Source: Bacilli bacterium (lineage in GTDB: Bacteria; Bacillota_I; Bacilli_A; RFN20; CAG-826). From it: a stretch of DNA of 64,000 nt. Below, piece after piece: positions 37,694 to 46,636 of this stretch. Position 1 is the stretch's first letter. Every line of letters starts with the position of its first letter. Both the position numbers and the translations under genes were made by a program. The stretch lies in the NCBI GenBank assembly GCA_045597865.1, contig JAZLKX010000052.1:160001-224000 (forward strand), written 5' to 3'. The notes below the pieces were generated by a model that was not told where the DNA came from, made no database searches, and saw only the letters and a program-made list of their open reading frames with translations.

Positions 37694-38017
37694 ATGGCGA
37701 ACATAACATATCGTACAAACTTTCTAAAGGACGTTGAAGTTGATGACATTGTTCAGAAAGACATGTCATCAATGAATTTTGGCGATTTTGATTTTGGTCC
37801 TGTTAGCTATTATAAATGTACGCAATTTGATATTGGCCGTCCAGATTTAATTTCATACAAGATTTACGGAACAACGAATTACTGGTGGTTCTTGATGTGG
37901 TTCAATGGCGTATCTGACGCGTGGAATGATATTAGAGAAAATATGCTAATTGCTTTCCCGTCATTAGATATGGCACGTGAAGCACTAAAGTTTGCTCGTA
38001 AGAGGAGTAACAAGTAA
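37694..38017 (+). CDS. baseplate wedge protein (T4 gp53-like, LysM-like)
   Basis: RPDLISYKIYG...YWWFLMWFNG. Confidence 0.8.
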   Translation: MANITYRTNFLKDVEVDDIVQKDMSSMNFGDFDFGPVSYYKCTQFDIGRPDLISYKIYGTTNYWWFLMWFNGVSDAWNDIRENMLIAFPSLDMAREALKFARKRSNK

Positions 38018-38364
38018 TGAAATTGACAGAAGCATTTCATATTCTTTCTAAGAACGGATACGAATATACTCGCTTGAATGAAAATAACGATTTAAGTGAT
38101 TATTTACTTCAGCGAGTATATCAAGTAGCCACTGAAATTTATACCAGGGAGATTGCAGATCATGCACCTAATCTTGATTCTACAAATCGTCCTGACCATG
38201 ATTATCTGCAGCGATTTGACTATCTTTCTGATAGTTTGAAAGCTGCGGTAAAACGCGCGGCAGTCGCTCTGAAAAATGACCTCGCTGCTGAAGGTTTTGA
38301 TATTCATGAAACGAATGTTGAAACCGAAATCTTTGACGCATTGAAACTTTACGCCAAGGATTAG
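38017..38364 (+). CDS. putative capsid-packaged internal protein
   Basis: MKLTEAFHILSKNGY...LNE leader. Confidence 0.6.
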   Translation: MKLTEAFHILSKNGYEYTRLNENNDLSDYLLQRVYQVATEIYTREIADHAPNLDSTNRPDHDYLQRFDYLSDSLKAAVKRAAVALKNDLAAEGFDIHETNVETEIFDALKLYAKD

Positions 38365-38402
38365 AATAAATAAAACAAAAGCTCATTTAAGGAGATGATA
38401 TA

Positions 38403-38771
38403 ATGAATCTTTTTGAACAGTACATTAAGAATGCCTGCCGTTTTGTTAACGAAGGCTTAGAAGATGAACTACCAGCTGAAGCTCCAGCCGAACTTCCTGC
38501 TGAAGGTGGCGAAGAACTTCCTCTAGATGGTGAAGAAGAACTTCCTACTGAAGGTGATGAAGACCAGGCATGCGAAGAATCTATGGAAGATCTTAAGGCA
38601 CAGATTGCTGACCTTCAGAGTCAGGTTACTGAATTGCTTGAACTTGTTCAGTCATTGACAGGCGAAGCTGCTGAAGGCGCTGATGATCTTGCTGGTGAAG
38701 ACGAACTTCCTGCCGAAGGTGATGAAGACCTTGCTGGCGAAGATCCTGGCTTCGAAGACGAAGACATTTAA
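38403..38771 (+). CDS. acidic prohead core-like protein
   Basis: VNE site, ELPAEG repeats, short coiled coil; late promoter. Confidence 0.55.
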   Translation: MNLFEQYIKNACRFVNEGLEDELPAEAPAELPAEGGEELPLDGEEELPTEGDEDQACEESMEDLKAQIADLQSQVTELLELVQSLTGEAAEGADDLAGEDELPAEGDEDLAGEDPGFEDEDI

Positions 38772-38802
38772 TTTCTAGTTTCACGGGAAAGGCTTATACA
38801 TA

Positions 38803-38833
38803 GGCTAGGGAAATAAAACTCCCTAGCTTTTTT
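38803..38833 (+). terminator. rho-independent terminator
   Basis: GCTAGGGA...TCCCTAGC plus T run. Confidence 0.8.
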
Positions 38834-38864
38834 ATGTCTAAAAAATGATTATATTTGATACTGT

Positions 38865-39170
38865 AAAATCATTAAGCCGTTTCCTCGGAACGAAACTCAA
38901 CCCAATGACGCTGTCGGTAGAGGGACGCCATTTGAGCTAGAATTGCTTAGCTCGTGAATAGAAATGAAAATGCAATAGCGAAGTGGAAACTAGCCCTTTC
39001 CACATATAGCCGCCAATAGCATTATGGGATGTAGCCGGAATACAGGTTGACCGCTCCGTAAGCCCATAAGTGAGTCTACTTACAACGTCATACGGTTCAC
39101 CAGTCAAAACAAAGACTCGGTATTCTTGACGGTAAGCTCTACCGGGCTTACTGTCTCCGGTTACCATATC
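38865..39170 (+). ncRNA. candidate structured non-coding RNA (unclassified)
   Basis: GC-richer gap without a credible ORF, with multiple nested helices; TATATTTG upstream. Strand is inferred. Confidence 0.5.
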
Positions 39171-39206
39171 AAACAAAGAATAAATAATAAAAAGGAATTG
39201 TTTAAT

Positions 39207-39824
39207 ATGGGAATTAAATCAATTTGGGATAACACATTTTATCAAAAACCACCATTACCAAAATGGTGCTTTGAAGTCGTTTTTGATGATTTATTTAAGC
39301 ACCATACTCAATACGCAAACACATTAAATCAAGCGATAGTAAACTGCCAATGGGGTAAACGCGAAATTAGTATTGTTAAAACTTACTATGCTGGTATTGA
39401 AGCAAACTATCCTGGTCGTGTTCAAAACACAGGTGAGCTTAATCTTACTTTTAATGAAAACACGGGTATGGAAGTATCGCGTATTTTGGAAGAACTATTT
39501 AACGGTGAATGTTCTAATGACCGTTACTTTGATGATAACAGCCGTGATAGAGGATACATTTATAATAAAGATTTTACAAAGATCGGCCGAAACATTACAC
39601 TAAGAATCCATCGTCCTGACGTTAACATGGAAATGAACCAGGATGGTGCTGAGGCTATATGCGGCGAGGTTACATTTTATAACTGTATTTTAACATCAAT
39701 CAATGAAGAAGAATTTAGCTATGAAAGCGTTGATGATACAGTTACACGTACCGCAAGATTTTCATATGATTATATGATTGATAATCGTAAGAAATTTTCT
39801 GGCCGACCAATGAAGGGAGGTTAA
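39207..39824 (+). CDS. tail tube-like protein (gp19/gp54 paralog)
   Basis: YPGRV...GEL.LTFNE, YNC..TSI...FSYE, F.YD pattern shared with 55460. Confidence 0.65.
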   Translation: MGIKSIWDNTFYQKPPLPKWCFEVVFDDLFKHHTQYANTLNQAIVNCQWGKREISIVKTYYAGIEANYPGRVQNTGELNLTFNENTGMEVSRILEELFNGECSNDRYFDDNSRDRGYIYNKDFTKIGRNITLRIHRPDVNMEMNQDGAEAICGEVTFYNCILTSINEEEFSYESVDDTVTRTARFSYDYMIDNRKKFSGRPMKGG

Positions 39825-39828
39825 ATAA

Positions 39829-40464
39829 ATGTGGACGAAAGCTAAATCACCTAACCAAGCCAAGCCTGGGTCAAATACATTACTTGAAAGTAAAAATGTC
39901 AATGGTTCATTTACTAAGTATCAAATGCACGGCGGCATGGCATCGCCTGTGCCTAACTGGTTATTTGATATAAAGTTTCAATGGACTAAGTGGGCTAAAG
40001 AAACATTTGATATTGCTGATGGCGAAAATTTAAACGATTCATTTAAGTGCATAAAAGCAGACCTTCCTGAATACTCACAGGCAACAAAAGAAGTTTGGTA
40101 TTTTGGTACCAAAAAGACATTCGTGATAGGCCGTGATATGTCAGGTGAAACTGTACTTGAATTTTGGCTTCGTAAAGGTGCACAACTTAAAGACGACGAT
40201 AATGATAAACTTGAACTTTTAGATGTTCTTGTGCCTGACCGTTCTATGAACCGTCAAGATAAATATCAACACTATGAATGGGTTCGTTTATTTGATGCAA
40301 TAGAAATTGATATGCTTAACATTGATACTGATGTGCATAGAACCTATAAATTGATTAACCCAATAGTTACCAATTTTTCACACAGCGGTGAATTGAACTA
40401 TGAAGGCGAAGAAGGATTAAAAATTTCTATTACTGTTCATTATGATATGTGGGAGCAGTTCTAA
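39829..40464 (+). CDS. tail tube-like / baseplate-tube junction protein
   Basis: LPEY, YFGTK, YKLINP.V..F....LNYE, I..YD.W tube-fold pattern. Confidence 0.55.
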   Translation: MWTKAKSPNQAKPGSNTLLESKNVNGSFTKYQMHGGMASPVPNWLFDIKFQWTKWAKETFDIADGENLNDSFKCIKADLPEYSQATKEVWYFGTKKTFVIGRDMSGETVLEFWLRKGAQLKDDDNDKLELLDVLVPDRSMNRQDKYQHYEWVRLFDAIEIDMLNIDTDVHRTYKLINPIVTNFSHSGELNYEGEEGLKISITVHYDMWEQF

Positions 40465-41889
40465 ATGTCAGCCGGTTCTATTTTTTGTGAATACATTTAT
40501 GGCTCGTTTTTGTTAGTGTCAGCTGCACTTGAAGTTGGCATGTCATTGGCAAAGACGACTTTAGCAGTGTTGTCTACGATGTTTGATTCCTGCATTAGTT
40601 TATTTAGGTTTACGATTGATGTAGGCGTAAAAATGATTATGGACGGTGTGAAGGTTTTACAGAAACAGCTAGTTGACTTAATATGGGATGGTTATCAGGA
40701 TGAAGAAGAACTAGACCCTGAAACTGGTGAAATGGTTAAAACTGGTAAAAAGAAATCAAAGTTCTGTAATAACTTATATAAATGTAACATTTTTATTGAA
40801 GAATTGACTGATAGTAATTCACTTATTTGTAAGACTTTAATTTCGTTAGGTGTAATTACAGCTGAACAGCAACAGTATGTAAATGAAATCATTTCTGAAT
40901 ACGATGAGTTTATGAATACAATATGTACTTATGGTTTTACATTCAACTTTGGCATTTCAGCGTTAAAGAAACTGCTTAACTGGTATAAAAAACAGTTGCA
41001 TAAATTTCTTGATATGATTGAACGCAAGAAAGAAGACATTCGCCGTTTTATTCAAAAGTACATGAATAAGCTACAGGATTCTGGTATATTTGATATGCTA
41101 GCAAAATTAAGAAAGTTCTTTAACTGTATTCTCGACCAAACCGATTCTTGTACCTCTCTGAAAACCACTGAAAACTTCTATACGAATGCCTTAAAGAAAA
41201 TGAAAATTGAGGAATCAGGAACAGGCGGATATAAACTTGAAGCTAGTACAAACAATTCAATGATGAATGCATTTGACGCACGCATAAACCAAATCAATAA
41301 TGCGAAGGATGAAATTCAGAAAGGGATGGACGCTTTGGCAAGTCCGTCAGCAATTCGCGCAGCATCAAAAGCATTTAACTTGTCAAAACATGTTTTCCCA
41401 GGCGGTATGAATTGGCCTGATATTCAGAAAGGTCGCTGGCAAAAGAACTCAATGGTAAAATACTTCACAGCTAAGAAAGACAAGTTCATGGAAATATTCA
41501 TGGGAAGACATAAAGAAAAACTTCCAGGCGATACATCAACTGAGTTCTTACTTGGCGGCATGAAAATCAATGATAAGACTGGTAAAATTGTCATTGATGT
41601 AAATGGTGTTCGTGAGGAAATTGATATGAATGATCCGGCTACTGCAAACGCATACGCTAGTGCTGTTCAGTATCATGTTTTGGCTAATCCTATTGAGTAT
41701 TTCGTTGAAGGCGATGAGAACGCTGATGCACCTGATGCGTTCTGTTATAATGGTGAAATTATTTCCGCGCTTCGTGCATCATTAATGATTGCGGTTGAAC
41801 ATGATACAGAAATGGAAAAATTCTGTGATGAACGCGTTGCTGGTGTTGCTGGTAGATTACGTGAAGATCAGTTAATGGTTGAATGGTGA
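40465..41889 (+). CDS. hypothetical protein (helical, possibly baseplate-associated)
   Basis: 474-aa ORF in a baseplate gene context. Confidence 0.65.
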   Translation: MSAGSIFCEYIYGSFLLVSAALEVGMSLAKTTLAVLSTMFDSCISLFRFTIDVGVKMIMDGVKVLQKQLVDLIWDGYQDEEELDPETGEMVKTGKKKSKFCNNLYKCNIFIEELTDSNSLICKTLISLGVITAEQQQYVNEIISEYDEFMNTICTYGFTFNFGISALKKLLNWYKKQLHKFLDMIERKKEDIRRFIQKYMNKLQDSGIFDMLAKLRKFFNCILDQTDSCTSLKTTENFYTNALKKMKIEESGTGGYKLEASTNNSMMNAFDARINQINNAKDEIQKGMDALASPSAIRAASKAFNLSKHVFPGGMNWPDIQKGRWQKNSMVKYFTAKKDKFMEIFMGRHKEKLPGDTSTEFLLGGMKINDKTGKIVIDVNGVREEIDMNDPATANAYASAVQYHVLANPIEYFVEGDENADAPDAFCYNGEIISALRASLMIAVEHDTEMEKFCDERVAGVAGRLREDQLMVEW

Positions 41890-41893
41890 TTTT

Positions 41894-42274
41894 ATGAGTA
41901 AAGCAGAAAAACAAAGAGACATACTTTTTGAAGCATGCAAAAAGATAGCAACAAATAAGAGAACACCTGATTGGATCTCAGGTGCGCTTACACAAGCCGT
42001 TATGGCAGCAAAAGCGGTGCAAGACGATATATGGGACGAAGGTCTCAATTCAATTATTGAGCCAAAAGTTCAGTTACCTCCTACTGTTGGTAAACTTGCA
42101 CATATTGACATGCTTGATAATTTGCCATATAAGATAAAGCTTTTAAGTGAAAGCGAAGAAGTTGAAGGTGTAAAACTATGGCATGTACAAATTGTTGAAG
42201 GCACTGGCCCACATAAAGTTGGCTCAATAGTTTATAATGTTCCTGAAACATGGATTCATGATGTGGAGGCATAA
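41894..42274 (+). CDS. hypothetical protein
   Basis: ORF with probable ATG at 41894. Confidence 0.6.
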   Translation: MSKAEKQRDILFEACKKIATNKRTPDWISGALTQAVMAAKAVQDDIWDEGLNSIIEPKVQLPPTVGKLAHIDMLDNLPYKIKLLSESEEVEGVKLWHVQIVEGTGPHKVGSIVYNVPETWIHDVEA

Positions 42275-42684
42275 TGTTACCATTATCAGCAAATAACGAT
42301 TTTAAGAACCAAGGCGAATATAAAGCAGAAAATCCTTTTCGCGATTGGAATGGAGAATCTTTAAAGCATAAAGCCGAAGTATATGGAACCGACGCCATTG
42401 ACCAAGCCATTGAAGCAGTTATTGTTACTGAACCCCACGAACGTTTATTCAACCCTGAGTTTTGTTCGCCGTTTTATAGGTTGCTATTCCAAAATGAAAG
42501 TTCGGCTGAAGAAATCATTGAGGAAGTTTTTAGACGCGTTGAGGTTTGGTGCGGCGTTGAAATTGACCGTGAGAACGCTTTGGTAGAAGTTGACTCAGCT
42601 AATCATTCTGTTGAATTAACGATACCTTACTATTATAACAACCGTTTAAGTAAACACATTTTTAGTAGAGCTATTTCAGCATAA
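42274..42684 (+). CDS. baseplate wedge subunit (T4 gp25-like)
   Basis: AIDQAIE.VI.T.P.ERLFNPEF.S..Y.LLF. Confidence 0.82.
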   Translation: MLPLSANNDFKNQGEYKAENPFRDWNGESLKHKAEVYGTDAIDQAIEAVIVTEPHERLFNPEFCSPFYRLLFQNESSAEEIIEEVFRRVEVWCGVEIDRENALVEVDSANHSVELTIPYYYNNRLSKHIFSRAISA

Positions 42685-42710
42685 TAAATAATTCAAAAGG
42701 TTGATACATT

Positions 42711-43154
42711 ATGCAGCAGTTTATGTCATTTAGTGATTATGTTCAGGCACAGATGAACCAAGCGTATAACCGCGAGGACATTCGTGAAACGCCTACAGTA
42801 AATCCAGAGACTGATAAACCGTCTGGTGTTATGGCAAAGCTGAACCCTAAGACATGGAACGCAAAAATCATTGGTGATGAAAAGTATCTATTCTTTAATA
42901 ACCATCAGTTAAATGTATCAAAACTTAAAAACGAAATACAGCAACTATACAAAGCCAAAGGTTATGAACACTATGGCTTTAGTAAGCTTGGCGAGAGTGA
43001 GCTTGTGAGATACAAGACACTTAGAGATATCCTAATGTCAGAATTCCTTCGTTACGATACGAACGATGAGCTCGACCCTGCGGAAATAGCACAAATCATT
43101 TTTGACCACGAGGCTAAGGACTTTACTTGGCAGCCTGAGCCTTTAACGTTATAG
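42711..43154 (+). CDS. hypothetical late protein
   Basis: Late promoter; MSFSDYV leader-like segment. Confidence 0.6.
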   Translation: MQQFMSFSDYVQAQMNQAYNREDIRETPTVNPETDKPSGVMAKLNPKTWNAKIIGDEKYLFFNNHQLNVSKLKNEIQQLYKAKGYEHYGFSKLGESELVRYKTLRDILMSEFLRYDTNDELDPAEIAQIIFDHEAKDFTWQPEPLTL

Positions 43155-43166
43155 GAATTTTTTCTC

Positions 43167-43583
43167 ATGACAAGCACAACAAATAAGTTACTTGAAGTCA
43201 GACTAAAAGTTGATGCGTGGATAATTGAAGAAACGCTTACACGCATGGGCATACCTGACATCAAGAATAAAGTTTTATACCAGTCCTGCCATTTGTTAAA
43301 ACAATTTGGTACATATTACATTGCACATTTTAAGCAGCTTTTTGTTCTTAGCCGTGGCAAAGATGGTTATCCAGGTTTCGGCAATGTTTCTCTTGAAGAC
43401 ATTGAGCGTCGTAATTCTATTGCATTCTGTTTGTTGAAATGGAACATGATTGAGATCGTTGAACCAGAAGAAATAGAAGAACATTCAACACGCATCTTTG
43501 TTTTGCCACATGCTGAAAAACATAACTGGCAGCTAATCAAGAAGTTTAATGTCAAAAATTTAGATAGTGAGTATATTCAATGA
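43167..43583 (+). CDS. regA: translational repressor RegA
   Basis: ETLTRMGI, LYQSCHLL, YYIAHFKQLF, RRNSIA..L..W, K.NWQLI.K. Confidence 0.92.
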   Translation: MTSTTNKLLEVRLKVDAWIIEETLTRMGIPDIKNKVLYQSCHLLKQFGTYYIAHFKQLFVLSRGKDGYPGFGNVSLEDIERRNSIAFCLLKWNMIEIVEPEEIEEHSTRIFVLPHAEKHNWQLIKKFNVKNLDSEYIQ

Positions 43584-44659
43584 TTAAGAAAAGAATGCTT
43601 AATGAAGCTGAATTTAGCGATGGTTTTAAACTCTCCGATGATGAGAAAACAATCATTGGATTTAATGATCAGACCGCTGCTGATGAATTTGGCAACAAGT
43701 TCAAAAAAGATGAGAACGGCAAATGGAAGTTTGAAGGTAAAAAACACAGCTATGCAGTTTCCGATGATATGCAAGATAAAATTGCACAACTTGTTAATAA
43801 ATGGAAAAAGAATAATAAAAGCAGCAGTAATAACAATGAATACAATACCCCAAGTATATGGGAAAACATTGGTAAGTCACTATGCTTCTTAGTTATTCAT
43901 AACTTAACTGATGGTAAGATGAAAGGGTTTGAAGCTAGCGGTGGCGATAAAAACATCAGCGGTGAAAAATTTGCTGAGAGCGTTAAACCTGAGGATATGC
44001 TTGACCGCTTCAAAAACGCATTTAAAAACATTGATGAAATTGACGATAATTTCCTTAAGAAGAATAACATCTTCCAAATTATGGATAACTTCGCGGCGCG
44101 TGCAGCATATCAGGAAGCAAAAAATGAAGGCAAACTAAATCAGGACCAACTTGACAAATACGGCACTGAAGAAGATGGCAAATTTAAATACAACATTGAT
44201 TTTATTAAGTCAAACACAGCAACCAAATCTTATTACACAAAAATCTTTAATGAATTTCAGGACGCATTAGATGAAGGTGTAAAGGCTGGTAAAGCTGAAG
44301 TTGATAAGTTAAAATCTGGTGAAGGCGGTAAAGTAAAGGACCCGCTAACTGGTCAAACTGTTAGTGTTGATAAAGACAGTTTTAAAAAACAACTTGCAAA
44401 AGGCGCATTAAATAAAGCAGGCGAAATTGCTGGAGATTTACTTGGCATTAATGATGGCAAAGATATTTTCAGCATGGCCATTAGAGGCGTTATCGGAATG
44501 ATTAAAGATAACGGCGGCATTCGCAAAGTTTTAAAAATGGGTAAACAAATTGCTTGGAAAAAGAATGTAAAACTAAAAAACAAAGATGTTAAAAAACATG
44601 TTGATGAACTAAACAAAGACATTGAAAAACGAGCTAAGAATAAGGAAATTCCAGAGTAA
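43580..44659 (+). CDS. hypothetical protein, probable head-internal protein
   Basis: MLNE site near the N-terminus; K/D-rich. Confidence 0.6.
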   Translation: MIKKRMLNEAEFSDGFKLSDDEKTIIGFNDQTAADEFGNKFKKDENGKWKFEGKKHSYAVSDDMQDKIAQLVNKWKKNNKSSSNNNEYNTPSIWENIGKSLCFLVIHNLTDGKMKGFEASGGDKNISGEKFAESVKPEDMLDRFKNAFKNIDEIDDNFLKKNNIFQIMDNFAARAAYQEAKNEGKLNQDQLDKYGTEEDGKFKYNIDFIKSNTATKSYYTKIFNEFQDALDEGVKAGKAEVDKLKSGEGGKVKDPLTGQTVSVDKDSFKKQLAKGALNKAGEIAGDLLGINDGKDIFSMAIRGVIGMIKDNGGIRKVLKMGKQIAWKKNVKLKNKDVKKHVDELNKDIEKRAKNKEIPE

Positions 44660-44670
44660 GAGGTTAACAC

Positions 44671-46236
44671 ATGGCTGATAAAAAACAAGATCAGTTTGCT
44701 GAAATCAATAAAAAGGTTAAAGACCAGGTTGCAGAATGTTTTAATCTAATCTGGGGTAAGCATATTGCTAATTTTGGCCTAGCAGATGCGCCAATTGGCG
44801 ATAGAGCTTCAACTGAAGGTGAAGAAATTTTTCTTACTAATGAGGATGATGAACAAAAAACTGTTTTTATGCTTTGTCCATCAAATATAGATAAAGGAAC
44901 ATCTTTTGTAAATCACAATAAGAAACTTTTATCAGAAGCTATTGGCATATATTTGGATTTTTACAACAAGTCATTAAAACGGTCAAAAACTTGGAGATCA
45001 CAAAAGGCATTTGAAGGTGCTAAGGGCGATTATCTACTTAAAGGCGAATCATTAAAGCTAAAAGACAAAGTTGAATTTGAAAACCCTGAGGACGAAAAAA
45101 CTGCATTGGCTAAAGCTAGCGAAATTGAAAAACTTTTTGGCATAATCAATAATTACCAACTTAATAGAATCGCTGAATGTTCAAATGAAAAAGCCGCAGC
45201 TGAATTAACAAAATTCAAACAAGAACTTGATGGCATTAAAATTGAAAATTTTGAAAACCCTATTCCTGTTAAAATAGTTGGCGAAGAAAATAAAGACGAT
45301 GAACAGGAAATACCGCAGGAAGTTGAAAAAGATGCTGGCAATGCACTAAAGAGTACAATGGCTATGCCTCAGCATGTTGCTGATGAAGACTATGATAAGA
45401 AACTTGAGGCAACAAAGAAACAAATTGAAGAAGGCCGTAAAGCATTAGAAGACTGGATGAAAAATGACGAAGAAGCTGCTAACATTATCATGAAGGCAAT
45501 TAAGCCTATTGAAAAATACAAGCAGCAAATGCTTCCACAGGTTTGGCTATTTGCTCATGTGAATAAACTAAAGGCTATGTTTGAATCATTGTTGGAATAC
45601 AATGAAATGTATAACTTGTTGCTTGAAGCTGGTGAAGAAACCAGTGAAGACGGTACAGGCGATTCATCAGAACAACCTAGTGGTGCTGAACCTGGTGGTA
45701 ATGATGCTGCTGAAAACGATGCTGCTGCCAAGGGCAATGATGACCAAGCAAATAAAGAAAAAGAAGAATGGAAGAAAAAAGCGGGTGAACTGCTTAAAGG
45801 CATTGACGAATTATTAAAGAAAGAAAAACCGTCAGAATTTGCTTCTGCTTATGAATCTTGGGGTAAGGCAGTTACTGACTTATTCAATAACATGGCCGCA
45901 AACGATAAGTTGAAAGAAAAATTGGCTGAAATCAAGGATGAAGACCCATACGTCAAACTTTGTACTGTAGGTCATATTGTTACTGCTAAAGAAAAGGAAG
46001 GTGAAGGCGATATGGATCCTAAGGAAGCTGAAGCAAAAATCAAAGACGCATTGAAAGGTAAGAACCCTGATGATTTGACTGATGATGAAAAAGGTGCTAT
46101 GCTTACTGGACTGCAAGGACAAGGCGTTCCAGAAGATATCATTAAAAAGACACTAAATATGGCTGAAGCTTTCACAAATAAAAACTTCTTAACATCACTA
46201 CGTAGTTTCCTAAAAGAATCAGTTAAGTTAGTATAA
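44671..46236 (+). CDS. hypothetical acidic protein, probable head-internal protein
   Basis: Several LxE sites (LLSEA, LLEA, FLKES). Confidence 0.6.
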   Translation: MADKKQDQFAEINKKVKDQVAECFNLIWGKHIANFGLADAPIGDRASTEGEEIFLTNEDDEQKTVFMLCPSNIDKGTSFVNHNKKLLSEAIGIYLDFYNKSLKRSKTWRSQKAFEGAKGDYLLKGESLKLKDKVEFENPEDEKTALAKASEIEKLFGIINNYQLNRIAECSNEKAAAELTKFKQELDGIKIENFENPIPVKIVGEENKDDEQEIPQEVEKDAGNALKSTMAMPQHVADEDYDKKLEATKKQIEEGRKALEDWMKNDEEAANIIMKAIKPIEKYKQQMLPQVWLFAHVNKLKAMFESLLEYNEMYNLLLEAGEETSEDGTGDSSEQPSGAEPGGNDAAENDAAAKGNDDQANKEKEEWKKKAGELLKGIDELLKKEKPSEFASAYESWGKAVTDLFNNMAANDKLKEKLAEIKDEDPYVKLCTVGHIVTAKEKEGEGDMDPKEAEAKIKDALKGKNPDDLTDDEKGAMLTGLQGQGVPEDIIKKTLNMAEAFTNKNFLTSLRSFLKESVKLV

Positions 46237-46291
46237 ATAAGTATAGCGTGGAAATAAAACTCCACGCTATCTTTATGATGAAAGGTGGTTT

Positions 46292-46600
46292 ATGACTGAC
46301 AGTGAAATTGATGAATGTTTGTCTGAAATAAAGGCTATCCTAGAAGATGTTTCAATTTTAAAAAGAAACAACATTTCATATGAACAGGTATGCAGCGTTC
46401 CGCAATTCTCAAATATGATATTGTTGTTTAATTACTGGGGTTTATATGAATCTGACCCCGAACTAATTAAGTTAGCTATGTATTATGCAACTAATGACAA
46501 CTGGGATTACATTAACGAGAAAATTTCAGATATATGGCTTAAAAAAGCTAACCTTGAAATTGAGCAAATTATTAAGGAAATTGAAAATTCTTCGGACTGA
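46292..46600 (+). CDS. hypothetical protein
   Basis: 102-aa ORF with RBS. Confidence 0.6.
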   Translation: MTDSEIDECLSEIKAILEDVSILKRNNISYEQVCSVPQFSNMILLFNYWGLYESDPELIKLAMYYATNDNWDYINEKISDIWLKKANLEIEQIIKEIENSSD

Positions 46601-46636
46601 TGACCTTTATAAATACAATATAGAGGTAAAGACGGT

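Noticed and set aside
36219-37694. Group I intron carrying the endonuclease inside terL
   Set aside because: The flanks are too short for an intron core, no terminase exon follows, and the intein block A explains the break
24557-38833. Near-identical GGCTAGGGAA...TCCCTAGCTTTTT at 24556 and 38803 as mobile-element ends
   Set aside because: Both are ordinary hairpin plus T-run terminators in the same orientation, with no transposase or target duplication
39060-39100. TACGGTTC resembling the 3' end of group II intron domain V
   Set aside because: The upstream sequence does not form the GAGCCG...CGGTTC D5 helix, there is no GTGCG 5' end, and no gene is interrupted
38937-39176. 79-aa minus-strand ORF in the structured gap
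   Set aside because: No recognisable motif or RBS, and it opposes the genome's strand bias; RNA structure explains the region better
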